NCBI GenBank assembly: GCA_012521175.1
Contig: JAAYMW010000036.1
Location: 1 to 60,653 of the forward strand
DNA from: Candidatus Epulonipiscium sp.
GTDB taxonomy: Bacteria; Bacillota; Clostridia; Lachnospirales; Defluviitaleaceae
Direction: 5' to 3'
Length of the DNA stretch: 60,653 nt
Of this stretch, positions 49,748 through 59,658 are shown piece by piece (the first letter of the stretch is position 1; each line of letters opens with the position of its first letter). The notes beneath the pieces are model-generated. The model saw nothing but the letters and a program-made list of their open reading frames with translations. It did no database searches and was not told the DNA's origin. A program made the position numbers and the translations under genes.

Positions 49748-51586
49748 ATGTATAAAATATTTCGGTATTTAAAGAATTTCTTAATGTTAACTTTAATTTT
49801 AACAATAATCTGTTCAAGTATTCCATTAACCTATGGTGCTGAAAGCGGAATGTATATCAATCATGCAAAAACTTTAAAGGAATTAGGGCTTTTTCAAGGT
49901 ACGGATCAAGGGTTTGAACTAGGTAGGAAGTCCAACCGTGCCGAAGCAGGAGTAATGTTAGTGAGGTTATTAGGCGCAGAAGATATTGCACTTAGAGAAG
50001 CAAATATGAATTCCCATCCTTTTGTAGACGTACCTCAGTGGGCAAATCCCCATATCGCTTATCTATATCAAAAAGGCTTAACCAATGGGATGAGTAGTAC
50101 TTTATATGGTTCAAAAAATGAAATAACATCTGCCCAGTATATTACAATGCTTCTAAGAGCTTTAGGCTATAGGGATGATGCTGGAGATTTTGATTATACG
50201 AAGGCGTTAGATTTTGCCTATAAGATAGGGATGTTGGACGATATTGAATTATACATACTGGAATCCATGGACAATGGGGGAATTTTAAGAGATTACATGG
50301 CCATGTTATCTTATAATTGCCTTTTTCAGGAAATGAAAAACCAAGATAAAAGCTTACTGCTCACTTTGATAGAGGATAATATCCTTTCCCGCAACAATGT
50401 TAAAAAAGCTTGTAAAATAGATAATTTTTTAACAAGTTTTTTGTTGGCTGAAGGTTATTTAGAAGACAATGATACAGAAGATTTGATTCCAAAAACTGAA
50501 GAAGTAAGGGGTGTTTGGATTTCTTATCTGGATTTACAGAGAGTACTATCCAATAAAAGCAAAGAAGAATTTAGAGCTTCTATTCAAGGGATGTTTAAAA
50601 ACGTAAAAGATACCCATTTAAATACAGTTATTGTCCAGGTAAGACCCTTTGGAGATGCACTCTATCCTTCAAATTATTTTCCATGGTCATATATTATAAC
50701 GGGAACAGAAGGGGTAAATCCTGGTTTTGATCCTTTGGCAATTATGCTGGAAGAAGCCCATAATAAAGGGCTTAGATTTGAAGCGTGGATTAATCCTTAC
50801 CGCATAAGAGCTGGTTCGAAAAAGCCGTTAAGTGAAAGAAATCAAGCCTTGACATGGCTTATGGATGGCAGTAATAGAGTCATTGAGTTAAACAGTGGTA
50901 TTTATTACAATCCTGCGAGCCAAGATGTTCGGGAGTTGATTACTAAAGGCGTTATGGAGATCGTGAAAAACTACGATGTGGACGGCATTCATTTTGACGA
51001 TTATTTTTATCCTACAACCAGCTTAGAATTTGATAAAATAGACTATCAAAGATATGTAGAAGAAGGTGGAATACTAAGTCTGGGAGACTGGAGAAGAGAA
51101 AATGTCAATCAATTGGTTAAAAGCGTGTATAGCTCGATTAAAGCCTATGATTCTTCTATACGCTTTGGGATAAGCCCTCAAGGGATTATAGAAAAAAATT
51201 ATAATGAGCAGTATATAGATGTTGAAAAATGGTTAAGCAGTTCAGGTTATGTCGATTACATTTGTCCTCAAATCTATTTCGGATACAATCATTCTACGCA
51301 GCCCTATGATAAACTCCTTAAGCAATGGGGAGCTTTAATTAAAAATGAAGAGATTGATTTATACATAGGCCTTGCTGCTTATAAACTGGGGAATGAAGAT
51401 ACTTGGGCAGGTAATGGCAAATCAGAATGGATTGGTACTACAAATATGCTTCAAAGGATGATAACAGACGGCAGAAATCAGAGTCACTATGGGGGATTTG
51501 TACTCTTTAGATATGATTCGCTGTGGAATCCTCCATTAAATTTTAAACCTCAGATTGACAGAGAAATCGATTCCATTAGGTATTAA
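49748..51586 (+). CDS. Secreted SLH-domain protein with a GHL10 (DUF187/YddW-like) glycoside hydrolase domain
   Basis: Signal peptide; SLH-like NRAE..MLVR and FVDVPQWA; EVRGVWISY, QVRPFGDALYPS, AWINPYR, YDVDGIHFDDYFY and DYICPQIY motifs. Confidence 0.85.
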   Translation: MYKIFRYLKNFLMLTLILTIICSSIPLTYGAESGMYINHAKTLKELGLFQGTDQGFELGRKSNRAEAGVMLVRLLGAEDIALREANMNSHPFVDVPQWANPHIAYLYQKGLTNGMSSTLYGSKNEITSAQYITMLLRALGYRDDAGDFDYTKALDFAYKIGMLDDIELYILESMDNGGILRDYMAMLSYNCLFQEMKNQDKSLLLTLIEDNILSRNNVKKACKIDNFLTSFLLAEGYLEDNDTEDLIPKTEEVRGVWISYLDLQRVLSNKSKEEFRASIQGMFKNVKDTHLNTVIVQVRPFGDALYPSNYFPWSYIITGTEGVNPGFDPLAIMLEEAHNKGLRFEAWINPYRIRAGSKKPLSERNQALTWLMDGSNRVIELNSGIYYNPASQDVRELITKGVMEIVKNYDVDGIHFDDYFYPTTSLEFDKIDYQRYVEEGGILSLGDWRRENVNQLVKSVYSSIKAYDSSIRFGISPQGIIEKNYNEQYIDVEKWLSSSGYVDYICPQIYFGYNHSTQPYDKLLKQWGALIKNEEIDLYIGLAAYKLGNEDTWAGNGKSEWIGTTNMLQRMITDGRNQSHYGGFVLFRYDSLWNPPLNFKPQIDREIDSIRY

Positions 51587-51689
51587 TGTTACAGGGGGTG
51601 TTTTTCCGTTAAAAGCGCTAACTTTGTTTATTTATTGACAAAGCTTTGGCGGAATATGTTGAACAGACTATTTCAAGGGGGGCTGTATT

Positions 51690-53414
51690 ATGAAGAGTAC
51701 AAGAGGGAAGTTAAGAATTTACTTTGGTTCCTTATTTATTATAGTAAGTATCCTTATTAGTTTATTTGGATATAATATGGCGGCTCAAGCTATAAAACGG
51801 GTTGTATTAAATGCAAAGCTTAAAAGCGATCTCTATGTAGCCAAAATGAGACTAGAACATGATTTTGGAGCGTTGTTTTTAAAAGATGGAAAACTTTATG
51901 ATGCATCAGGAAAGGAAATAGAAGGGAAGTATCAAGTAGTAGATACCATCTTAGAAGATCTGGGAGATGTTGCTACAATTTTCGTTAAAAACGGAGAAGA
52001 TTATTATAGGGTTATCACTAATGTATTAGATCATGAGGGACAAAGAGCTGTAGGGACCGTATTGGATAAAGATAGTCAGGCATATGCAGCCATAAATAAT
52101 GGTGAGACATATACAGGAGAAGCGGATATATTAGGGAAGCCGCATTTAACGATATATGAACCTATTTTGGATAATCAGGGAGAAATTATTGGAATTTTGT
52201 TTGTCGGAATTTCTATGGATCGTGTGGCAGATATGATACGAACAGATTTATCAAGTTTGGGTAATGGCTTCTTGATGATAAATATTATAGGAATTGCAGC
52301 TGTAATTGTTTTAACTGTATTTATAGCCCATAAAATTACAGATCCTATTGTTTCTATTTCAAAATATGCTCAAAAAGTATCTGATTTAAATGTTCAAGAA
52401 GATATACCTCAGGATTTATTAATAAGAAAAGATGAATTAGGAATTTTAGCCAAAGCGTTTCAATCGGTTATTGACAGTTTAAGAAAGTTTATAAGCAATG
52501 TGGATAATATTTCTCAGCAGTTAGCTGGATCTTCAGAAGAATTATCAGCGATTAGCACACAGGCTTCTATGTCTGCAGAAGAAATTTCCAAAGCTGTAGA
52601 AGAAATTGCAAGAAAAGTAGGAGAACAGGCAAAGGAAGTAGACCAAGGAGAAATACAAATTGAAAAAATGGGACGTATTATTGCAAAAGAATGGGAAGAG
52701 ATGAAAAAATTAAATAGTGTTGCAGAAGAAGTTGATGCTTTAAAGAATGAGGGCGTAAAAATTGTTGAAACATTAGTAGAACGCAATCATGAAACCAATA
52801 AGGCGGTACAAGATATTTATTATTTAATTATTCATACCAATGAAGACGCTGAAAAAATAGAGAATGCCAGTAAAATGATAAAAAATATTGCGGATCAAAC
52901 CAATTTACTTGCATTAAATGCAGCCATTGAAGCAGCTCGGGCAGGAGAGCAGGGAAAAGGTTTTGCAGTTGTAGCGGAAGAAATAAGGAAATTGGCGGAG
53001 CAATCAGATCAATTTGCCGGAGAAATAGCAAAAATTATTAAAGAATTAACCGATAGAACGGAACAAGCTGTAAATAGAATGGAAATCACTAGTCAAATCG
53101 TATCTACTCAGACCCAAAGTGTTGAAATAACTCAGAGGAAATTTGAAGGGATTGCAGAGGCTATTGGAAAAATGAAGAGTTTTACTGAAGCATTACATCG
53201 ACTGTCCAATAAGATGGCGCAAAGAAAAGACAACATGATTGGTGTTATTGAAAATTTAAATGCTGTATCTCAGGAAAATGCAGCGGCTACAGAACAAATT
53301 ACAGGGCCTATGGAAGAGCAAGTCGCTTCAATAGAAGAAGTTGCTAATGCCAGTCATGCACTGTCAAAATTAGCAGAAGAAATGAGTCAAAGTATTTCTT
53401 CTTTTAAATATTAG
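51690..53414 (+). CDS. Methyl-accepting chemotaxis protein with a Cache-type sensor domain
   Basis: ATIFV....RV.TNV....RAVGT.L (Cache_3-Cache_2-like), HAMP and [21 protein letters not shown]. Confidence 0.93.
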   Translation: MKSTRGKLRIYFGSLFIIVSILISLFGYNMAAQAIKRVVLNAKLKSDLYVAKMRLEHDFGALFLKDGKLYDASGKEIEGKYQVVDTILEDLGDVATIFVKNGEDYYRVITNVLDHEGQRAVGTVLDKDSQAYAAINNGETYTGEADILGKPHLTIYEPILDNQGEIIGILFVGISMDRVADMIRTDLSSLGNGFLMINIIGIAAVIVLTVFIAHKITDPIVSISKYAQKVSDLNVQEDIPQDLLIRKDELGILAKAFQSVIDSLRKFISNVDNISQQLAGSSEELSAISTQASMSAEEISKAVEEIARKVGEQAKEVDQGEIQIEKMGRIIAKEWEEMKKLNSVAEEVDALKNEGVKIVETLVERNHETNKAVQDIYYLIIHTNEDAEKIENASKMIKNIADQTNLLALNAAIEAARAGEQGKGFAVVAEEIRKLAEQSDQFAGEIAKIIKELTDRTEQAVNRMEITSQIVSTQTQSVEITQRKFEGIAEAIGKMKSFTEALHRLSNKMAQRKDNMIGVIENLNAVSQENAAATEQITGPMEEQVASIEEVANASHALSKLAEEMSQSISSFKY

Positions 53415-53433
53415 TATTGAGAATTCGTTCTAT

Positions 53434-53473
53434 AAAAAACAAGTCGGTTTAGGGGGGAACCGGCTTGTTTTTT
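53434..53473 (+). terminator. Intrinsic terminator
   Basis: AAAAAACAAGTCGGTT/AACCGGCTTGTTTTTT stem. Confidence 0.8.
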
Positions 53474-53606
53474 ATTACATATGAAATTCCTCCGGATTTC
53501 CTATGTAATAAAAAGCCCTACGGGCAGGATGCACACTCGCGCGAATTGTATTTTGTCGGCTATGCCGACCGCGCTCGGCGCGAGAGTCTCGCTTGCGAAA
53601 CTCTTT
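53470..53606 (+). repeat. Modular hairpin repeat, copy 4 (full, modules A-F)
   Basis: Colinear with 35117-35252, including GCCCTACGGGC, GTCGGC-TAT-GCCGAC, CGCGCTCGGCGCG and AGAGTCTCGCTTGCGAAACTCT. Confidence 0.92.
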
Positions 53607-53663
53607 TTTGTGTATTGTATATAAATAGGGAGGTAAATATAGTATTGCCAAATAAAAAAATAA

Positions 53664-53975
53664 TTATACAGCCAGAATAAAAAGTTCCCATAAATACACT
53701 AATAAGATTGAACTTATGGCGACGGTCATCAGTCCTTTTTCAAAATAAGCCAAAATAAGTGCAATGGTTAAGCCGGCAATCGCTGAATATATGTGACTGG
53801 TGGAATAAAGAATGTCCGGAAAAGTCATAGCCCCTAATACAGCAAAGGGTACATAAAATAAAAAGGAGCGAATAAATCTTGACTGTAATTTTCTTTTAAA
53901 AACAGCAATAGGCAAGACTCTGGGTATATAGGTTACAATGGCCATAAGTATTACGGCGGTAAAAGCATAACTCAT
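53664..53975 (-). CDS. azlD: AzlD-domain branched-chain amino acid export protein
   Basis: MAIVTYIPRVLP..FLFYVPFAVLGAM..P pattern; directly downstream of azlC. Confidence 0.85.
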   Translation of the reverse strand: MSYAFTAVILMAIVTYIPRVLPIAVFKRKLQSRFIRSFLFYVPFAVLGAMTFPDILYSTSHIYSAIAGLTIALILAYFEKGLMTVAISSILLVYLWELFILAV

Positions 53976-53977
53976 GA

Positions 53978-54730
53978 CTAATCCTCCTCTTTTGGAAAGA
54001 ATATCGCTCCAACAGTAGAAGCAGCGATTGTCGCAGCAATAATTCTAAATCCATCGGATATTTGATTGATGTATGGGAGCCATTTAAGCAGTGAACTGAT
54101 CAAGATACCGGATAGTACAACCATAAGAGCAGCCTTTGATTTTTTAGCAGAGGGAACCACCAAAGCTATAAACATGGCATACAGTGCTATTCCCATGGCA
54201 CTTTGAACTTGTTCGGGAAGAATAGAACAGGCGACTGCACCGACAGCAGTACCTAAAACCCATCCTAAAAATGGTCCCACAATAAGCCCAGACATAAATG
54301 AAAAGGTAATCTCTTTTTCTTCAAGAGATGCTACGGCAAAGGTTTCATCTGTAATGCCAAAAGCTATCGTACATCTTTGTAAGAAAGACATTTTAGGGAC
54401 AATTTTTTGAGATAAGGATAAAGACATTAACATATATCTAATATTTATTATGAAGGTCGTTAAACCAATTTCAAATAAAGAAGCGTTCACAATAATTAGA
54501 GAAGTTCCTGCAAATTGTCCGGCGGATGTAAGATTTGAAAAAGAAATAAAAATAGCGAGCCATACGGGAATTCCTCCGTTAACCGCCATTAACCCGAAGG
54601 TAAAAGAAACAGGAAAATATCCAAGGGCAATAGGAATACCCAGTTTGAATCCGCGGGAAAAATCATTAAAATGGTTAACGTTATATTTTAAAGATTGATC
54701 AATTTGACAGAATTGCTCTGCTGAATCCAT
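53978..54730 (-). CDS. azlC: AzlC family branched-chain amino acid export permease
   Basis: PIALGY, SAGQF, INIRYMLMS, FGITDETFAV and ALYAMFIAL motifs. Confidence 0.9.
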   Translation of the reverse strand: MDSAEQFCQIDQSLKYNVNHFNDFSRGFKLGIPIALGYFPVSFTFGLMAVNGGIPVWLAIFISFSNLTSAGQFAGTSLIIVNASLFEIGLTTFIINIRYMLMSLSLSQKIVPKMSFLQRCTIAFGITDETFAVASLEEKEITFSFMSGLIVGPFLGWVLGTAVGAVACSILPEQVQSAMGIALYAMFIALVVPSAKKSKAALMVVLSGILISSLLKWLPYINQISDGFRIIAATIAASTVGAIFFPKEED

Positions 54731-54814
54731 TTCTTTCCCTCATTTCTTTAAGTTTCTAATGATTTATTATAGCTCATAAAACCAAATAGTCAATGATTCA
54801 TTCATCCGAAAAAG

Positions 54815-54856
54815 TGTAACATTTATCACAGACTTTTTCTAAAGAGATGATATAAT
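54815..54856 (+). promoter_or_regulatory. Crp/Fnr-type site with class II promoter geometry
   Basis: TGTAA-CATTTA-TCACA (54815-54830) and TATAAT at 54851, with no consensus -35. Confidence 0.6.
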
Positions 54857-54892
54857 GAAATTAATAAAGGTCTTAAAATAGGAGGATGTATC

Positions 54893-55633
54893 ATGATAAG
54901 AAAGATTATAACCATAGATGAAGAAAAGTGTAATGGCTGTGGATTATGTGTAGACGCCTGCCATGAAGGAGCTATTGAATTAATTGATGGTAAAGCAAAG
55001 CTTATTTCTGATGAATACTGTGATGGTTTTGGAGATTGTTTGCCAGAATGCCCTACCAATGCCATTACAATTATTGAAAGAGAAAGTAAGCCATACAATG
55101 AAGAATTGGTTAAACAGAAAATGGCTGAAAGGAAAGCTAAAGCTAATTCTGCTCCTAGTCCTATGCCCTGTGGTTGTCCGGGAACAATGGCTAAAACGAT
55201 TGAAAGAAAGCAACCGGCAGTTAACAAGAAAGTTGAAGATAAGGATGAAGTTAATGTTAGATTTCAATCTGAATTAATGCAGTGGCCGGTACAATTAAAG
55301 TTAATTAATCCAGATGCAGCTTATTTAGATAACCCCAATTTGCTTATTGCAGCAGATTGTACAGCATATGCCTATGCTAATTTCCATCAAGACTTTATCA
55401 AAGACCACATAACAATGATTGGCTGCCCTAAACTGGATGACAATGAGTACTATGTACAAAAACTTACAGAAATTTTCAGCAAACATAATCCAAAAAGCAT
55501 TACAGTTGTAAGAATGGAAGTACCTTGCTGCGGCGGAATAGTAGCAGCTGTAAAAAAAGCAATGTTACAATCTGAGACCATTGTAAACTATAGAGAAGTT
55601 ATCATTACTACAACTGGTGAAATAAGAGAATAA
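54893..55633 (+). CDS. 4Fe-4S dicluster protein with a Cys-rich C-terminal domain
   Basis: CNGCGLCVDAC and CDGFGDCLPECP clusters; GCPG, QWPVQL, AADC, GCPKLD and MEVPCC motifs. Confidence 0.85.
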   Translation: MIRKIITIDEEKCNGCGLCVDACHEGAIELIDGKAKLISDEYCDGFGDCLPECPTNAITIIERESKPYNEELVKQKMAERKAKANSAPSPMPCGCPGTMAKTIERKQPAVNKKVEDKDEVNVRFQSELMQWPVQLKLINPDAAYLDNPNLLIAADCTAYAYANFHQDFIKDHITMIGCPKLDDNEYYVQKLTEIFSKHNPKSITVVRMEVPCCGGIVAAVKKAMLQSETIVNYREVIITTTGEIRE

Positions 55634-55654
55634 TAAAAAAACGTTTTATGCTAT

Positions 55655-55703
55655 AATACTTCCAGCGCAGAGCATAACAGTATTCTGCGTTGGAAGTATT
55701 TTT
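55655..55703 (+). terminator. Intrinsic terminator
   Basis: AATACTTCCAGCGCAGA/TCTGCGTTGGAAGTATT stem with T-tract. Confidence 0.8.
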
Positions 55704-55740
55704 ATTACACAGGAAATTTTTTTGGATTTCCTATGTAATA
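55700..55740 (+). repeat. Modular hairpin repeat, copy 5 (module A only)
   Basis: TTTATTACACAGGAAATTTTTTTGGATTTCCTATGTAATA. Confidence 0.85.
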
Positions 55741-55899
55741 TTTGTTTCTTATGTTATATGAGTGATTAAGTATATTATTATGCGGTATAATAAATAATAA
55801 CTACATTGAAACTGTCTATAATTTATGTTACGATGGAATACGATAAAATATATTATAATATTAAATAGATGCATTGAATTACAAGGAGGACAGTTATAC

Positions 55900-57540
55900 A
55901 TGGAGTCGGAATTTACGAATTTTATTCATGATATTATTGAAAAAGATTTAGAAGAAGGCGTATACGATAAGGTACATACTCGCTTTCCCCCGGAACCTAA
56001 TGGGTATTTACATATAGGCCATGCAAAAGCGATTTGGCTCGACTTTAGCACGGCTGAAAAATACAATGGACTGTGCAATTTAAGATTTGACGATACGAAT
56101 CCTACTAAAGAAGATATCGAGTATGTAGAATCCATTAAAGAAGACGTAAGATGGTTAGGGTTTGACTGGGAAGACAGGCTTTATTATGCTTCTTCCTATT
56201 TTGATCAGTTGTATGAATATGCTATTCAGTTGATTAAGCAGGGAGACGCTTATGTTGATGATTTAAGTGCCGATGAAATCAGAGAATACAGAGGGACTTT
56301 AACAGAACCCGGGAAAGACAGTCCCTATAGAAATCGTTCCGTAGAAGAAAATCTGGACCTCTTTATCAGAATGAAAAACGGAGAATTCCCTGATGGCTCA
56401 AGGGTACTTCGAGCTAAAATCGATATGAGCTCTCCCAACCTTAATATGAGAGATCCGGTTCTTTACCGTATTGCCCATGTTTCTCATCACACAACCGGAG
56501 ATAAGTGGTGCATTTATCCTATGTATGATTATGCCCACCCTATATCCGATGCAATTGAAGGAATTACTCATTCTATCTGTACATTGGAATTTGAAGACCA
56601 TAGGCCTTTATACAATTGGGTTTTAGAGAAAATAGGCTTTAAGAATCCTCCTAAGCAAATTGAATTTGCAAGACTGGAAGTTACCAATATGGTGACAAGT
56701 AAGAGAAAGCTTCGCCAATTGGTAGAAGAAAATTTTGTTGACGGCTGGGATGACCCAAGAATGCCTACGATATCAGGATTAAGAAGAAGAGGCTATACGC
56801 CTGAGGCGCTAAAAGATTTTTGCCTTAGAACCGGTGTTGCAAAAAGCAAAGGAACGGTTGACATTGCGCTTTTGGAACACTGCATTCGTGAGGACTTAAA
56901 ACTTAAAGAGCCAAGAATCATGGCGGTATTAAATCCACTTAAGGTAGTGATTACGAATTATCCAGAAGGTCAAATCGAAATGCTTGAGGTTGAAAATAAT
57001 CCTGAAAACCCTGAGATGGGTACAAGACAAGTACCTTTTTCCCGAGTGATTTATATTGAAAGGGACGATTTCATGGAAGATCCTCCTAAAAAGTTCTTCC
57101 GCCTGTCTCCTGGAAAAGAAGTAAGACTGAAAAATGCATATTTTATTAAATGTGAAGAAGTCATAAAAGATGAAAAAACAGGAGAAATTATAGAACTCCA
57201 CTGTACCTATGATCCGGCAACAAAAAGCGGAAGTGGTTTTGAGGGCAGAAAGGTAAAAGGAACTCTACATTGGGTTTCAGCCGATCATGGCATTAATGCT
57301 GAAGTAAGATTGTATGATTATTTATATATAGAAGATGAAGCAGGGGGAGAGCCAAAACTCAATCCTGATTCTCTTAAAATTTTAACAAACTGCATTATCG
57401 AACCTTCCATAGCAAACGCAAAACCCGGAGACAGATTCCAGTTTTTAAGACATGGTTATTTCTGTGTAGATACAAAATATTCTACAGAAGAAAAGTTAGT
57501 GTTTAACCGTATAGTTTCTTTAAGAAGTTCATGGAAGTAG
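55900..57540 (+). CDS. glnS: Glutamine--tRNA ligase
   Basis: [48 protein letters not shown] and KVKGTLHWV motifs; ATG 55900 follows AAGGAGG. Confidence 0.95.
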   Translation: MESEFTNFIHDIIEKDLEEGVYDKVHTRFPPEPNGYLHIGHAKAIWLDFSTAEKYNGLCNLRFDDTNPTKEDIEYVESIKEDVRWLGFDWEDRLYYASSYFDQLYEYAIQLIKQGDAYVDDLSADEIREYRGTLTEPGKDSPYRNRSVEENLDLFIRMKNGEFPDGSRVLRAKIDMSSPNLNMRDPVLYRIAHVSHHTTGDKWCIYPMYDYAHPISDAIEGITHSICTLEFEDHRPLYNWVLEKIGFKNPPKQIEFARLEVTNMVTSKRKLRQLVEENFVDGWDDPRMPTISGLRRRGYTPEALKDFCLRTGVAKSKGTVDIALLEHCIREDLKLKEPRIMAVLNPLKVVITNYPEGQIEMLEVENNPENPEMGTRQVPFSRVIYIERDDFMEDPPKKFFRLSPGKEVRLKNAYFIKCEEVIKDEKTGEIIELHCTYDPATKSGSGFEGRKVKGTLHWVSADHGINAEVRLYDYLYIEDEAGGEPKLNPDSLKILTNCIIEPSIANAKPGDRFQFLRHGYFCVDTKYSTEEKLVFNRIVSLRSSWK

Positions 57541-57554
57541 TAGATTTTCTGAAG

Positions 57555-57589
57555 AAAAAACAGTTTCCCATTGGGGAAGCTGTTTTTTT
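57555..57589 (+). terminator. Intrinsic terminator after glnS
   Basis: AAAAAACAGTTTCCC/GGGAAGCTGTTTTTT stem. Confidence 0.8.
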
Positions 57590-57669
57590 AGTTAAATCAT
57601 CTGGATTCAAAATATTTTGCGGAATGCATTTTGATAATAATTTTCCTGAATGTTAAAAAGAATATATCA

Positions 57670-57714
57670 TTGAAAAGTTTTATTTTTAAAAGTATAATTG
57701 TGGTATAGAACACT
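57670..57714 (+). promoter_or_regulatory. nagAB promoter with a NagR/DasR-type dre operator
   Basis: TTGAAA-N17-TATAAT (57670-57698). TGTGGTATAGAACACT (57699-57714) matches AGTGGTCTAGACCACT at 13 of 16 positions. Confidence 0.8.
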
Positions 57715-57741
57715 ATACAGATTTATGAAGGGAGAGATAGG

Positions 57742-58884
57742 ATGAAATGTTTGTATAACGGTAAGATCATATTAAAAGATCAGGTCATTACAGGGAAAGC
57801 AATTATTTTCGATGAGCGAATCTATGATATCATTGATGAAAATGAAATAAGTACCATGAATGATCTGGAGAAGATAGATGCAAAAGGCAAGTTCATTTCG
57901 CCGGGTTTTATTGATATACACATTCATGGATTTGATGGATATGATACGATGGACGGCACTGAAGAAGCTCTTAAGGCAATCAGTAAAGGCATAACAAGAA
58001 ATGGGGTTACTGCATTTTTACCTACGACTATGACAATGTCTAAAGAAAAAATCCTTAATGCCTTGGAAGCTGTACGCCAATTCAAAGGGAAGGCAACAGA
58101 CGGAGCGGAAATTTTAGGGGTGCATATGGAAGGGCCATTTATCAATGTAAAATTTAAAGGTGCCCAAGACCCGCAATATATCATCTCTTCTGATTTTGAA
58201 ATCATTAAAGAATACAAGGACATTATTTCGTTAATTACTTTGGCACCGGAAACAGAAGGGGCATTGGAATTTATTAAAAAGGTAAGAAGGGAAACAGATA
58301 TTGTTCTCTCTATGGGGCATACGGCGGCTTCTTATGAGGAAGCTAAAGAAGGCATTATTTGCGGCATTAGCCATGTTACCCATTTATTTAATGCCATGAC
58401 AGGACTGCATCACCGTAATCCTGGAGTAGTAGGAGCTGCTTTAACCCATGATGTTACCTGTGAGGTGATTGCAGATACGATTCATATTCATTCTGGATTG
58501 TTTTCTATGCTTCTTAAGACAAAAGGTTTAGATAAAATTGTATTAGTGACGGATTGTATGTCCGCTGGAGGGAAAGAAGAAGGAGAATATGAACTGGGAG
58601 GCCAAAAAGTAATTGTTAAGGATAAACAGGCCAGACTTGAAGATGGAACTCTGGCTGGAAGCGTACTTAATATAAAAGATGCAGTATACAATGTTAATAA
58701 GCATACAGAGTTCAGCATTCCTCAGTTAATTGCTCTTGTTACCTCTACACCTGCAAAAATTCTTGGTATTGATAGGCGAAAGGGCACCCTTGAAATAGGA
58801 AAGGATGCAGATATCACAGTATTTGACGAGAACATGAATATTTCGCTTACTATTGGAAGGGGGAAAATTTTATATGAAATTTAA
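57742..58884 (+). CDS. nagA: N-acetylglucosamine-6-phosphate deacetylase
   Basis: PGFIDIHIHG, HMEGPF, THLFNAM and GTLAGS motifs. Confidence 0.96.
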   Translation: MKCLYNGKIILKDQVITGKAIIFDERIYDIIDENEISTMNDLEKIDAKGKFISPGFIDIHIHGFDGYDTMDGTEEALKAISKGITRNGVTAFLPTTMTMSKEKILNALEAVRQFKGKATDGAEILGVHMEGPFINVKFKGAQDPQYIISSDFEIIKEYKDIISLITLAPETEGALEFIKKVRRETDIVLSMGHTAASYEEAKEGIICGISHVTHLFNAMTGLHHRNPGVVGAALTHDVTCEVIADTIHIHSGLFSMLLKTKGLDKIVLVTDCMSAGGKEEGEYELGGQKVIVKDKQARLEDGTLAGSVLNIKDAVYNVNKHTEFSIPQLIALVTSTPAKILGIDRRKGTLEIGKDADITVFDENMNISLTIGRGKILYEI

Positions 58885-59635
58885 TTTAGGTAATATACGA
58901 ATTTATGTTGAAAAGAATTATGAAGAAATGAGTAAAAAAGCAGCTTATATCTTATCAAGCCAAATTCGCCTCTATCCTCAAAGTGTCATTGGTCTTGCGA
59001 CAGGTGGTACGCCTGTCGGCATGTACAAAGAGTTGGTGCGAATGCATAAGGAAGAAGATTTAGACTTTTCCGAGCTCACTACCTTTAATTTAGATGAATA
59101 TTATCCTATTTCTAAAGACAATCCTCAAAGCTACTATTATTATATGATGGATCACTTATTCAACCATGTGAATATAGATATCAACCGGGTGCATATACCG
59201 AATGGCATGGCAGAAGATGTTAACAAAGAATGTGAGAATTATGAAAAGATGATTCGAAATGCTGGAGGAATTTCTCTTCAGATATTAGGAATTGGTCCAA
59301 ATGGACATATCGGATTTAATGAGCCCGATACGAAACTGGAACCCTATACCCATTTGGTTGAATTGGATGAAAAAACAATTGAAGCCAATTCAAGATATTT
59401 TAATACCATAGAAGAAGTTCCAAGACAAGCGTTAAGCATGGGCGTTAAAACCATCATGGGCGCAAAGAAGCTTGTTCTTTTGGCCAGTGGGGAAAATAAA
59501 GCTGAGGTTATTAAGGAAGCGATTAAGGGGAGCATTACACCTAAGATTCCTGCATCGTTTTTACAACTTCATCCGGATGTAACTTTTATATTGGATACGG
59601 AAGCAGCTTCACAACTGCTGCCATTGCTAAAATAG
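58874..59635 (+). CDS. nagB: Glucosamine-6-phosphate deaminase
   Basis: GLATGGTP, FNLDEY, GIGPNGHIGFNEP and PASFLQLH motifs; ATG 58874. Confidence 0.96.
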   Translation: MKFNLGNIRIYVEKNYEEMSKKAAYILSSQIRLYPQSVIGLATGGTPVGMYKELVRMHKEEDLDFSELTTFNLDEYYPISKDNPQSYYYYMMDHLFNHVNIDINRVHIPNGMAEDVNKECENYEKMIRNAGGISLQILGIGPNGHIGFNEPDTKLEPYTHLVELDEKTIEANSRYFNTIEEVPRQALSMGVKTIMGAKKLVLLASGENKAEVIKEAIKGSITPKIPASFLQLHPDVTFILDTEAASQLLPLLK

Positions 59636-59658
59636 GAACGGGAAACCGTTCCTTTTTT
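59634..59658. terminator. Terminator between convergent nagB and corA
   Basis: AGGAACGG-GAAA-CCGTTCCT followed by a T-tract. Confidence 0.8.

Noticed and set aside
24098-55740. Repeat family as a CRISPR array
   Set aside because: The copies are kilobases apart, there is no repeat-spacer periodicity, and no cas genes are present.
687-59535. Many antisense and nested ORFs in the six-frame track (e.g. 687..1058, 12371..12886, 38714..39295, 42780..43295)
   Set aside because: They are shadow ORFs opposite or inside well-supported genes and have no recognisable motifs.
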